A stretch of DNA of 64,000 nt from Anolis carolinensis (lineage: Eukaryota). Positions within the stretch are counted from its first letter, which is position 1; each line of letters begins with the position of its first letter. Below the pieces are notes generated by a model that saw only the letters and a program-made list of their open reading frames with translations, was not told where the DNA came from and ran no database searches. Positions 15,002 through 26,906 of the stretch are shown in pieces. A program made the position numbers and the translations under genes. Where the stretch lies: contig NC_085844.1 of NCBI RefSeq assembly GCF_035594765.1, positions 204,864,107 to 204,928,106 on the forward strand, given 5' to 3'.

Positions 15002-16757
15002 CTGAAGTTTTATGGTTATTTTGCTTGTCCTTCCATTTCTCATGTTCTGTTATGTATACTTATAGCGTTGCACCTACATCCCTTTTCAGGCTTAGGCTAT
15101 TATTTAGCTTGAAGAGATGAAATTCTTCATTATGGTTCTCCTCAAAAGGACTAATTTCAGCAATTTTCTTCCCATTATGAGAAAGTCTTCAAAACCCATG
15201 CAGTTTTTGAATGCTATTTTCAATTTGGGGTCTACTCTATTGAAATGTTGCAGGTGTTTGTAGCCAAAAAAGCACTTTCTGTGCAGAAAATAACATGTTC
15301 TGCACAGAAGATAATATTTCATCATAGAAATGTTCATTCTTGCACAGATTTTTTTAAAAAAAAAATCACAATAAGTTACATCATTTTCTGTGCAAAAAAG
15401 AAGGTTTTTTTAGGAATTTGTTTATGTATGGAAATAATTTTTTTGGTATGCAAAAATACTATTTTGTTTACAAAACAGCCACAGGAATTTTTTTCACTAA
15501 TGTCCCAAACTGCAAAGATAGTCTCCAATTCAGAATTCCTCTTCTCAGAATTCTCAGACCCTAAAAAATACCTTCTTTATAATTTTTCTAATTTCCCCCC
15601 ATTCCTCCTAGCTAGTATGATGAAGGATTCTGTGAATGCTGGGATACTCTCGACCATTACATCCTAGATTTTCAGACTGCATACCTTAACTTTGAAATAA
15701 GGTATAAAACATGAATAGTAACTAATGAAGTGCCTTATGTTCACAAAATAGGTTTGGGCTGTTTTCAGACTCCTTCCATCAAAGGGTTCTGAGCAAGATG
15801 TTTTACAGCAGATCGAAGTATGAAAGAGAAAGTCAATGTGAAAAGAAGTTATAATGGAACAGTCCCTGCTAAGCCATTGTCTCTCTTCTTTATGCAGATA
15901 TTCATGAATAGGTACAAACCATAATTTCTCATTGATAGTAAATCAATGCAAGCAGCATGATGCAGTTACAAAGACAGAGAAAAATTAGAATATTAACATG
16001 AAAGTTTACCCACACTGAAGTTTTAAAATTTTCATTTTATATTTGTTTTTAAAAGGTTGTATCTTATGGTTTCTTTCCAGATTAAAATGTATAGTTGTCA
16101 TATTTAATATATTAGTGCTTAGCATGTAAACAACTACTGAACCATATAAGGTCAACAAGATCCATAATTGAAAATATTGTAGCTTTAAAAAACATTCAGG
16201 TTATATGATTTAGAAGATGATTTATGAGAAATTTCTTCCAAGTTAATTTCAGTTCCCACCACCTATAATAGGTGGAATGAGATCCTGAATTACTCTTCAC
16301 TGCCTCATATTACAATATTCAGAATGTTCCCTCGCCAAGAACATGGCATAATTGTTTCATGTTTAAATTTATAATTAAAGGTATAATATAGAATTGACTG
16401 CATAAGCAACATACTTGTATAAGCCTTTTCAAAAGATGTTTTTGTGCAAACAATGGCTCCCCCTCCTGGCAAATGAAATTCACAGGCTGTATATGCCAGT
16501 GAGCTGAAACTGGAGCCAGGCACCTTTCAAGCTACGCAGTCTTCTATTGAATTGCATCAGAATACCCTAATGTTTTTTAAAAAGTTGTATAATGTTCTTG
16601 TACAATCTCTTGGTGTTTCATGTCAAGATGAGATAGCAAGTTGGACAACATGAAAATCTGCCTTTTAATATCAGAAATTATTATGTGTTCTAATGGCCTG
16701 GGATATTTAAGCTTTCTTCTCTGACTATTGCAGTGACCTGGTATTACTGTATATAAT

Positions 16758-17542
16758 AATAATAATTATTTATTTATTTGACTAGTCATTTGACCATTTC
16801 AAAATACAACACAGATACATACGAGGCAAAAAGGAGGAGAGGGCAGTAGCTGACCTTCTGTTTACAGCCAGAGTCCTATTTTCCTGATTCTTCTTTCAGG
16901 AAATGTGCTCTTTTCTTGAAAGCTTTCAGAACAAAAAGGCTTACTCTGATTATGGTGGATCTTTCTTGTCCTTGCAAGAGGAATGTTAGTAGATCATTTA
17001 TGTTGGGGGACCTGAAATTGGATAGTAATGGATGTAAATATCTGTATTGGAGTTCAGTATATGCTGGGCAGTCAATCAAAAACTGTTTGATATTTTCCAC
17101 CATCCTTTCTCTCCAAATACAAAATCTCTCACTTCTTGGGATGTTGCTGTAGCAACCAGTTCGCATCATAATATCAATTTGTTCAAACCTAGCCCTGGTA
17201 TATATTCTTCTTAGGGGTAACGGAACTGGAATAGTCAGATAGTGTTCTAAATGCACATTCATTTTGTGAGAAGCTAAAAACTTTGTGGCAGAAGACCTAC
17301 CTATACTTGCTAAGTCCAATGGAGCATAGATCCCACGAGTGCGTTGCATGAGCACTTGTTTTGCCCTAGGTCCTAGATCATTCAGAAATTGTAAAGGAAG
17401 GCCAATTTTAGCCATCTCGTTGTTTAAGGCCACTACCCATGATGACTTGTGGGCACACTGGTCTTGATCCTCTAGACATAGGTGAGGAAGTCTACTGGAA
17501 TTCATCAGATTTACCTTTGACCAGTAATTGAATTGTCTCATT
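16758..17542 (-). mobile_element. 5'-truncated non-LTR retrotransposon 3' end (C-terminal CCHC-type region, RTEX-like)
   Basis: ORF 16876-17541 has TG.YSNIPRSERFC...VE.IK.FLIDCPAY, an AT-rich tail, and TSD TTACTGTATATAAT at 16744 and 17543. Confidence 0.78.
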
Positions 17543-17924
17543 TTACTGTATATAATTATTCTATGGACTTAGACATTTAATTCTAAGGTTTTTCTTGTCT
17601 CTCCAAGAAGTGCATGATTACTAGAAAATATGCCGTATTTTATTCTTGTTCCAGTGAATGGATGTCCTGTTCTCAGAACACCATGAAACAATACAGATCA
17701 TTTTAAAATGGCCGACATCTCCTTCGAATAGCTATAATGCTCTTTACAATGTGATAACAGTGTCCCTACAGCCACAAGACAGAGAGAATCTCCCCATCCT
17801 GGGGAAGCTATAGAGGGAGATCTGACTCTGAAACCTTCCTGTCTTCCACTTTGCTTGATTCATATTGGTAGGAACTGGAAAATATCAAAGATTCCAGCAT
17901 CATGTCATCAGGGCCCTTTCACAC

Positions 17925-18341
17925 TACAGAGAGTCCCCATGTTATGAACAACATAGGTTCTGTAGGTTTGCTCTTAAGCTGGGTTTGTATGTAAGTCAGA
18001 AAAGGTACAAGTGTAACTCCAGCCAAATATACATGTATAGCTTTGGATAGCATAGGGAAGGGTTAACACCCATGGCGTTTGTTTTGCTATCTGTGCTCCT
18101 GTTCAGAAGATTTCACCTCACTCTATATCCGTGATAATTGGATTTTGAAAAATTCGGCTTGTTTGGAAACAAGGATCCACTAATGCCTTTAGTGGAGACA
18201 CCTTTTTTCCCTGTGATAACTCTTTCAGGAGTGAATTTCCCTTCCTAGAGGAAGATTTATCTCATTTCCTGTTGTCTTCGCTTGGTTCTTAATTATGAGT
18301 AGTTTGTACATCAGATGTTTGTAACTCAGGGGCTGCCTGTA
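17925..18341. mobile_element. Tc1/mariner-Tigger-type MITE (same family as 794-971)
   Basis: Degenerate TIRs with TA flanks. Internal sequence shared with 34177-34593 and 49936-50283. Confidence 0.8.
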
Positions 18342-19585
18342 CACAATTATAGGACTACAGTTCCATCTTAACTACTATGACTACATCCTATGGAATACTG
18401 GGTTTTGTAGATGGTGAGGCACAAGAGCTCTCTGGCAGAGAATTCTAGATACACATTGCTAGGCTTCAAATCCTAACGTTCCACAGCAGTTAACTGTAGA
18501 ATTTTAGTGCTCGGACTGTGTAATCAACCCACAGTTACTGATTTATCTTTTGTGGTTTTGAATATTTGTGGAATTGAATGAGAACCTAGAGAGGCACAAT
18601 CTCAGGTTTAAAGGGGTGGCTTTTATTTGTAGTTTTTCCACTTTCACAGGAGTTCTGCATCCCAACCCCCCATGGAAGTGGAGGGAACTGTAGTGTTAAA
18701 AGAAACCTAAGATAAAGATTAGAATTGTTTCATGACCAAGCCTTACTTAATTATATTTGAACAGAAAATCAATATCCTTTATTTTGTTCACAACTTTAAG
18801 GCATTCTGCCTCTTATTATCTCTCCTTCAGTACTCAAGCTCTCATTTTGATGTTCTGCTGGTAGCAGGAAAATACCCATCATTTTTTTATCATGAGAACT
18901 GCTGGCTGTGCCACAGCTCTCATTCAGTCCTTTATATTTTGATTTATTCTAAATGGTATTCATGCTGAGTAAATGGGAAACAAACTATAAAGCTAGAATA
19001 CTTGTTTCTGTATTACAGCATATACTAGTTAGATTATCAGACTACCAGGCTTCAAACTTCCATACTCAGGAAACACATTATTGTGTCAATTATGACTAGA
19101 GGGAAATGAAGATATTACATTGATTAGAGCTTGTTTTTTTTTGTTTGTTTGTTTATTTTTTTGTTGCCAGGACAGGGGATCATGGTAGTTATACAAAGAG
19201 AGTTAGAGCCCTTCTACACAGACACTAAAATCAGTCCTGAAGCTGGCTAGAGGTTGGGGCGTCTACAAAACGTATAGTCCCCCCAGTGTGAGTTACATCA
19301 CAAATCTTGCCAGAAAACAATGTGTTAAAAAACTCATGGGATATCCTGGATCAAGCCATAAAATCCGGTAAAGTTTATCTGTGTAAACAATGCATGGCAC
19401 GAAGCAAACGACAAACATGGAGCACTTCCCAAACATATTCATTATTAAGCATTTATATTTTTTTACACACACACACACACACACAGAAGAAAAGCGGAAA
19501 AGTCATGTAAAAGAAAAGAAAAAAGAAAATATATAAAGAGGTGAGGTGGGAATAATGGAGTTGTTGTTAGTAATTTAAACCTTTA

Positions 19586-19821
19586 AAAGGTAAAGGTTTC
19601 CCCTTGACATTAAGTCTAGTCGTGTCCGACTCTAGGGTGTGGTGCTCATCTCCATTTCTAAGCCAAAGAGCTACCTTTATCCATAGACACCTCCATGGTC
19701 ATGTGGCCGGCATGACTGCATGGAACACTGTTACCTCACCTCTCCAGATTTGAACCATCAACCTTTTAGTCAGTAATTTCAGCAGCTCAGCAGTTTAATC
19801 TGCTGTGCCACTGGGGGCTCC
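19586..19821 (-). mobile_element. Sauria SINE, internally deleted
   Basis: Homologous to 13389-13710. TSD AATTTAAA(C/T)CTTTA. Confidence 0.85.
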
Positions 19822-21029
19822 AATTTAAATCTTTACCAATATCTGATATGTCATAGAGGAGGGGTGAGAAGTTGAGGGGGCAAGAAACTAGGCATTGTAC
19901 AGAATTGTAATTATTACATCTATTTTTCATTTATATGACACTTACAAATGTTACTTAGAGTATTAAAAGTTCCACATGCCCTCTATAACAAAGAGAGCAC
20001 TTATACAGGGATCGGATTGTGGTCACTGTCCCTGCTTCCATCCAGTTTGTGGAGTGCCTGTGTAGGCACTCCAAAGTGAACTCTTCTATTTACATTCTGA
20101 TTCAGATTACATGGCTATGTAGAAGCAGCTCCAGAAAATGCTAAGTGAACACTCTCAAAATCGGAAGAGCTATTTGTTCTGATTACAACTAGCATAATCT
20201 CTCAGGCAGCATTCCAGTGACTGAAAATGTAACGATTTCAAGTGCTGTCCTAATATGGCCAGGTCTTAGTGTGTTAGAAAGAGGGGCATACAAAATTGAG
20301 GGATTTGTTCTCCAGGACTACAAATCCACACAAGTCTGGAAATGCACTAAGATATGGTCAGGAACACACACACACACACATATATGCCATCATGGCTCAG
20401 TCAAAACAAACACTAATTCAGCTTGGTGTCATATTGGAGACATCTTGTGTCTCCACCAGATAATATTCTTCCATCAGAACATCTGCTTCAGTTTTGATTC
20501 TTTAGAATGAGAAGAGACCCACGTTTTCCAGTACTAATTTTCTCTCCATTTTTAATTATTTTTTGCAATGCGTTCCTGCCTCAGGGTGAAAAGAGGCCAG
20601 TTGTAACCTACACATGTAGGGTTCCAAGAACCAGTTAAGTATAATTATTTATTATCCTTCCAATAACAAAGATTCACCCTGGTTGCATTATATTTGTAAG
20701 CTAATTAATGCAGGATTACATCATGTTTCATGCAGTCAAACTAGATTTTATTTTAGTTACTTTAATAGTTACAGGAGCATAGGTTCAATACATGGAGGAG
20801 GAAGAATATCACATTGTTCCAGTGCTAACTCACGCTATGCCATATGCAGCTGCCTTATGCTCAGCTCTTGGTGTTGACTTAGCAATGAGAGGATGGGAGG
20901 AAGGTAGCTTTTGTACCAGAAGGCCAGCAGCACATAACATTCAGATTTTCCGCCAAAAGTTATCCAAAAGAAAAAAATAAGCAACTTTAGGAAAATGGGA
21001 AAGTAGAGGTTACTCTTTAAAAAGGTTTA

Positions 21030-21322
21030 TCACGTAACATACGATTTTCCTCTGTCCCAGAAGTGCAACGATAAATAATTAGATACACAGTTTTAGACAT
21101 AACATTCCAAGCTCTGATTCTGTTTACTCCAACTACCCTATCTTCTATTAAATTGCATTAGAATTGTCTAATGTTTTAAAGAACTTGTATACTGTTCCTG
21201 TATACTCTTAAAATAGGTCTTTCACATAGCACAATATTTTCCCTGGTCCCAGAAGTGCAATGATAAATAATTAGATATACAGACATAACATTCCAAGCTC
21301 TGGTAGATTCTGTTTACTCAAA
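21030..21322 (+). repeat. Local direct duplication (~100 bp conserved, ~190 bp period)
   Basis: GTCCCAGAAGTGCAA.GATAAATAATTAGATA.ACAG...ACATAACATTCCAAGCTCTG at 21054 and 21246. Confidence 0.85.
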
Positions 21323-21756
21323 GCTGTTCAGTATTCATTACTAGGTCTTTATATTCATTAGATTCTCTTTTACTTTTATTATGGTTTCCTTCATCCCTGG
21401 AAACAGTTATTGGGTAGCACAGTGGGACTTGCTGGGATGAATTTAGCTAATGAGCCTTGTTCAAATTAATATGACCATCCTAATCATTCCTTATATAATT
21501 TTTCCCAATTAAGTCAATAAGTTATATAAGAAAGGCAGCATGCTGTAGCGGTTTGAATGTTGACCTAGGTGACAAAGAGAGTTTGAATTCTTATTCCTCC
21601 ATGGAAATCCAATTGGTGAGCTTGAAAAGTCACATCCTCTCAGCCACAGAGGAAGAAATAAAGAAAACTCCATGATAGGGTCACCATTAGTCAGAAATTA
21701 TTTGAAGGAAAAAATAAGTTATGCAAAGCATGAGAATGGGTTTGTTTAGGATGGGA

Positions 21757-22270
21757 GAAGAGCAATGACCAACCTCGATGAAACAGTGAAAAGCAGAGAC
21801 ATCACAGTGGCAACGAAGGTCCACATAGTTAAAACAATGGTATTCCCCATAGTAACCTATGGATGTGGGAGCTGGACAATATGGAAGGCTGAGCGAAGGA
21901 AGATAGACGCTTTTGAACTTTGGTGCTGGAGGAAAATCCTGAGAGTGCCTTGGACCACAAGAAGATCCAACCAGTCCAGGAAATAATGCCCGGCAGCTCA
22001 CTGGAGGGAAGGATATTAGAGACAAAGATGAAGTATTTTGGCCACATCATGAGAAGACAGGAAAGCTTGGAAAAGATCATGATGCTAGGGAAAATGGAAG
22101 GAAAAAGGAAGAGAGGCTGACCAAGGGCAAGATGGATGGATGGGATCCTTGAAGAGACTGGCTTGACCCTGAAGAAACTTGGGGCGGCAATAGCTGACAG
22201 GGAGCTCTGCTGTGGACTGGTCCATGAGGTCACGAAGAGTTGGAGACAACTGAGTGAATGAACACACACA
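21757..22270 (+). mobile_element. BovB/RTE LINE 3' fragment (frameshifted)
   Basis: MTNLD..KSRDIT..TKVHIVK.MVFP.V.YGC.SWT..KAERRKIDAFELWCWR..LRVPWT.RRSNQS is the RTE-BovB RT C-terminus. Confidence 0.92.
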
Positions 22271-22639
22271 CAGGATGCGTATAAGTTCATTCTTTGCCTC
22301 CTTAAGGCACACTATAAAACATCAGGCCAAGGATAGATGGGAAAGCAGCCTGATGGGAAGGCAGCCTACAGATTATTGTTAAAATATTATCTTTGAATAT
22401 AAATAATTGATACCCCCTTAGTTTGGAATTCCATTAACAGAATGTTAGGCATAGGGTGACTTTCATATCTTCTAGGCCTTTTGGAGGGATTTAATGATGG
22501 TGGTCCTTTTAGAGACTGAGTGCCCAAACTGGGGGGGGGGGGGGGGCAAGTGGGCATACAAGAAATATCTAGTTTATTGAAAACATTAAACTGGGCAACG
22601 TGATGAGATCATATATTGTTGAGCTTCTCTGTTGAGCTG

Positions 22640-22792
22640 GCACTCTGAATCTACACTGCCCTATATTCCAGGATCTGATCCCAGATTATCTGCTTGGAAT
22701 TGGATTATATGAGTCTACACTGTGGGTTAATCTAGAATAATCAGATAATCTTTGATACGATTCTGGGATATTGGACAGTGTAGATCCAGCCT
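22640..22792. mobile_element. Harbinger-like palindromic MITE (relatives at ~37026-37180, ~40565-40716, ~49529-49711)
   Basis: ATCTACACTG...CAGTGTAGAT termini with self-complementary bodies. Confidence 0.6.
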
Positions 22793-23137
22793 GAGCCACA
22801 GTCTATTTATGCCTCAAGTGGCAGAGATGGAAGGAGTCCAGTCACAGAAATAGTAATAAACACACCTGCTCTTCCAGGGGAAATGCAGCACAGGTCATTC
22901 ACCTAATTCCTGTACATGGGAACCATAAATTCACAGAGCCTCCATTTGATTAGAGCTCAGCTTCTGTTTACTTCCTTAACTATGTGCCTAATTGGTTTCT
23001 TTTCAAAGAAAACATTCAAACTTTAGGGTACATATACACCGTACACCGAATGCAGTTTGTCAGCGCTTTAGCTGCCATGGCTCAATGCTATGGAATCATG
23101 GGAGTTCTATTTTGCTTAGGGACCAGAAAAGGCTAGA

Positions 23138-23138
23138 A

Positions 23139-23190
<52 letters not shown>
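23138..23190. repeat. (TAT)n microsatellite (retroposon tail-derived)
   Basis: Read directly. Confidence 0.95.
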
Positions 23191-23274
23191 GATACTTTAT
23201 TTGTATTCCGCCCTATCTCCCCAAGGGGACTAAAGACTTGGTAAAACTACACCTTCTATGATTCCATAGAATTG

Positions 23275-23484
23275 AGCCATGACAGTTAAAGTGGTGTCAA
23301 AATGTATCAAAATTCAGTGTAGTTGCAGCATTAAAGGACACATCAGTCAGCAAGTTGAGCAAGGCATTTTATTTTCCCTCTCAAACAAGAAAAGAGCAAT
23401 AGGAAACATTGAAAAAGAACTAAATCCAGTGCCGCCTAGTGACTAAACTGCATAATGATAAACAAGAAGTTTAAATATGCAGTA
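23275..23484 (+). repeat. Inverted duplicate of 50282-50495
   Basis: AAATCCAGTGCCGCCTAGTGACTAAACTGCA...AAACAAGAAGTTTAAATATGCAGTA is matched in reverse complement at 50282-50345. Confidence 0.9.
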
Positions 23485-23781
23485 CATGTTGAATATCCCT
23501 TATCTGAAATGCTTGGAAGTAGAAGCTTTTGAGATTTTGAAATTCCTCTATTTGCACATATGTATATAATTAGAAATGGAGATGGGACCCAAATCTAAAC
23601 ATGAAACTCATTTATGTTTCATAGACACACTGATAATGTTTTAAATAATTTTGTGCATGAAACTAATTTTGTTAACACTAAACCATCAGAAAACAAAGAT
23701 GTCACTATCTCAGACAATCATGTGGGCAGGTTTGGATTCTGAAGTATTTCAGAATGCTGGATAAAGGATGCTTAATTTGCA
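23483..23781. mobile_element. Old Tigger-like MITE
   Basis: TA-CATGTTGAATATCCCTTATC...GATAAAGGATGCTTAATTTG degenerate TIRs. Confidence 0.65.
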
Positions 23782-23978
23782 TATATGTCTGTGTACTGGA
23801 CTCAGCTGTAACCTGGTGCATAGGCAAGTAATTAATTACAGATACTGCATATGTTCTTCACTGCAGAAGAACATGCGGGTCAAGAATAGGTCTCCACAGC
23901 CACCTACGCATCCACCGCCAAGACACTACACCTGGAGGACCATCATCCTTGAGCTCCGAGGGATCACCTAAGTAAGTA

Positions 23979-24302
23979 AGTAAGAGTCTCACTTATCCAA
24001 GCCTCGCTTATCCAAGCTTCTGGATTATCCATGCCATTTTTGTGTCAATGTTTTCAATATGTTGTGATATTTTGGTGCTAAATTCGTAAATACAGTAATT
24101 ACAACATAACATTACTGTGTATTGAACTACTTTTTCTGTCGAATTTGTTGTATAACATGATGTTTTGGTGCTTAATTTGTAAAATCATAACCTAATTTGA
24201 TGTTTAATAGGCTTTTCCTTAATCCCTCCTTATTATCCAAGATACTCGCTTATCCAAGCTTCTGCCGACCCGTTTAGCTTGGATAAGTGAGACTCTACTG
24301 TA
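23979..24302. mobile_element. Mariner-type MITE (TIR CAGTAGAGTCTCACTTATCCAA)
   Basis: TIRs at both ends with a TA flank. Same family at 25943, 42909 and 52875. Confidence 0.88.
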
Positions 24303-24339
24303 TAATAAATACCTTATTATAACGAGTTTCTGTAACACA

Positions 24340-24453
24340 ATCAGGCTGAAATGTTGCAGCCCAGAGGATTTCTTGTTCTTTAGTGAAAGGGGGAAAATAG
24401 CCCATAGCAGCAAAGTGAATCTGTCCAAATGAAGATGACAGTTACAGCATGTT
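24340..24453 (+). repeat. Inverted duplicate of 49010-49133
   Basis: CAGGCTGAAATGTTGCAGC...AGCAGCAAAGTGAATCTGTCCAAATGAAGATGACAGTTACAGCATGTT matches the reverse complement of 49010-49133. Confidence 0.88.
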
Positions 24454-25823
24454 CAGGTCAAGGGTTGTTGTCGTGCACATGCAAATGCTGACACAATCAT
24501 GAAATAATTTGCAATGAAGACCAAGCACTTCCAACTGTGAATTATTAAACAAAAAGTTAACAAAAGTCTTCCTGTCTCCTTTTGGTTAGGGAGACATAGG
24601 GGAAAAAAACTAGTGTGAAATATGAAACTATTTTTGAATGATTAAGCTGTGAGCAGAGTTCTGATCCAACTCAGGCTCCAGTTTTGAGCATATATTGAAA
24701 ATCAATTATCCCTTAATTCTAAAAAGATATCCCTATTCTGCCTTCTTTAAAAGAAGCAAGCTCCTTATCCATGGACTCAGTATCCATGGTTTCACCTACC
24801 TGAGCTCCAAATCTTCTCTAGGTCCTCCAGTCTCATTCTATGTTATATATCAGGCCCAAGTGTAACCCAAATATAGGGCTTGCTATTCTCTGTGGTTTCA
24901 GGTATCAGAGATATTGGAACATATTCTCAGTTGATCAAGAGGATGCACTGTACTTTTAAGATAACTGGATATAAATAAGCAGTGATAGGATGATGCTCTA
25001 GGTTCTGTAATATCCTACTGCTGATCAGTTAGGGATGATTTTAGCAAATCATTCAATTGTCTAATTTTGGGTCACATGACTGCTGCCTTACTTGGGCAGC
25101 AATATATCTTTCCTTGGGAACCCTGAAAGAAGAATGCACTTATTGACTAGATGAAGTTGTACCTCCTTAAAACTCCCGTAATGCTCTCGCAGTGAATATA
25201 ACAATATCAGGATAGGGTCTAGGTATTCATTTCAGCACATGTGGACTAAAATTGCACAGCCTTTATTCCATTCCTTCTCTGATTCTGGAGACCAAGAATC
25301 ATGGAGAGTGGACCCAGAATTGGTAAATGCATATGCTGATATCTAATCCTAAATGAATTGGAACACTAAGGTTTCACACTTGAATGACATTTTAAAGTGG
25401 CTGTTTTATTTAAATTGTATGTTAGATTTATACTTAATAGACCTAGGGTAGAAGAAAACTTAGTGCCTTTATTCCTATATTTTGTTATCTAATTTCTCAC
25501 TTGTCTGAGCTATTATTTTATTTAAACCTGGTTTTTTTCAAAAAAGTAGTAATGTTATAAAAATCAGCAAAGTGAAAATCAGCAAAGTGCAGGCAAATAA
25601 CATTTATTGTATACTCTAATAGACACAGCTTTATACCAAGAACACATTTAAAGCTGGTGTATGGAAACTTCTCATATAGGTACATATTACATGATTATGG
25701 CTCTTACATCAGAGCACATCGAAAGCTGGTGTGTATGTTCAGACCCGGCTTGTGAAGAATGATCCATAGGATACCAATTACCACATCCCAGTTGGCTAGA
25801 GGTCCTCTACCAATTTAGCTGAC

Positions 25824-25897
25824 CTGTTTTTTTGGGGGTTTTTTTTGTAGTTCATCTTGCTGAATTTTAATTTCCTTAGACAGATTGTTCATCACAT
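25824..25897 (-). CDS. TRAF3IP3-like duplicated exon, copy 2 (74 nt): DVMNNLSKEIKIQQDELQKKPPKKQ, phase-shifted by an A8C5A7 expansion
   Basis: Paralogous to 26847-26906 with intact splice sites, but 14 nt longer so it ends in phase 0. Confidence 0.45.
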
Positions 25898-25942
25898 CTG
25901 TAAACGGAACAAAGCAAAGCCGATCATAAGGACACTTGCATG

Positions 25943-26731
25943 TACAGTAGAGTCTCACTTATCCAACGTAAACGGGCCGGCTGAATGTTGGATAAGCAAA
26001 TATGTTGGATAATAAGGAGGGATTAAGGAAAAGCCTATTAAACATCAAATTAGGTTATGACAAAGTGACTGATATAAAAGATATGGACAAGTTAACCTTC
26101 TTATTAAAGAAGAAGGATGGCAGAAAAACAAAAGAGACGGACTGGTCCTGTTTGGAGGATTATTTAAAGAAATAAAGAGACTGTAAACAAGTGAAGGCAA
26201 AAACGACAGAAGAGTAGGAAGAGAGAAGCATTAAGACAGGAAGTCGCCACACACCCCCTATTCTCCCCTCTAACTGACCCGTACCTATCATACCTTAGAT
26301 TCACCCAAACTCCCTTCTCCCTTCCCTTCCCCTTCCTTCCTCCCCATTAGTCCTATCTACATACCCCTCCCTTATCAAAGTCAAAACCTTCTCTTTCCTT
26401 CCCTCACTTTCCACCTCCCCTTCCTCCCTCCTTTCCCTTTGTTTCTCCTTTCCCCCCATCCCCAATGTGTTTTGTTTTGTCAAAATTAATAAAAACTATT
26501 TTAAAAAAAAACAAAAAAAAACATCAAATTAGGTTATGATTTCACAAATTAAGCACCAAAACATCATGTTATACAACAAATTTGACAGAAAAAGTAGTTC
26601 AATACGCAGTAATGCTATGTAGTAATTACTGTATTTATGAATTTAGTACCAAAATATCACGACTACAAAAATGCGTTGGATAATCCAGAACCTTGGATAA
26701 GTGAGTGTTGGATAAGTGAGACTCTACTGTA
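25943..26731. mobile_element. Mariner-type MITE with a nested L1-type insertion
   Basis: TA-CAGTAGAGTCTCACTTATCCAA...TTGGATAAGTGAGACTCTACTG-TA. Confidence 0.9.
26061..26519 (+). mobile_element. 5'-truncated L1-type 3' end with poly(A) and a 20-bp TSD
   Basis: TSD AACATCAAATTAGGTTATGA at 26041-26060 and 26520-26539. AATAAA plus A-tail and a pyrimidine-rich 3'UTR. Confidence 0.85.
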
Positions 26732-26846
26732 CTAGTTATTCTTCCTTTCTTATTTTCTGTTTCTATCTGTACTATTTTCAGTGATCCATAGGACACCAAT
26801 TATAACATCCCGGTTGGCTAAAAATCCTGCCAGCAGTCTAACTGAC

Positions 26847-26906
26847 CTGTCTTTTACAGTTCATTTTGTTGAATTCTAATTTCCTTGGATTGATTGTGCA
26901 TCACAT
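26847..26906 (-). CDS. TRAF3IP3: TRAF3IP3-like duplicated exon, copy 1 (60 nt): DVMHNQSKEIRIQQNEL* (TAA at 26856-26854)
   Basis: ccatttacag|AT...ACAG|gtcagt. NQS aligns with recalled GLLQNQSLQLQEQ. In-frame stop 7 nt before the donor. Confidence 0.65.

Noticed and set aside
15002-16400. HSD11B1 polyadenylation site
   Set aside because: No clear AATAAA near the stop, only distant ATTAAA variants (16081, 16374). It cannot be placed from sequence alone.
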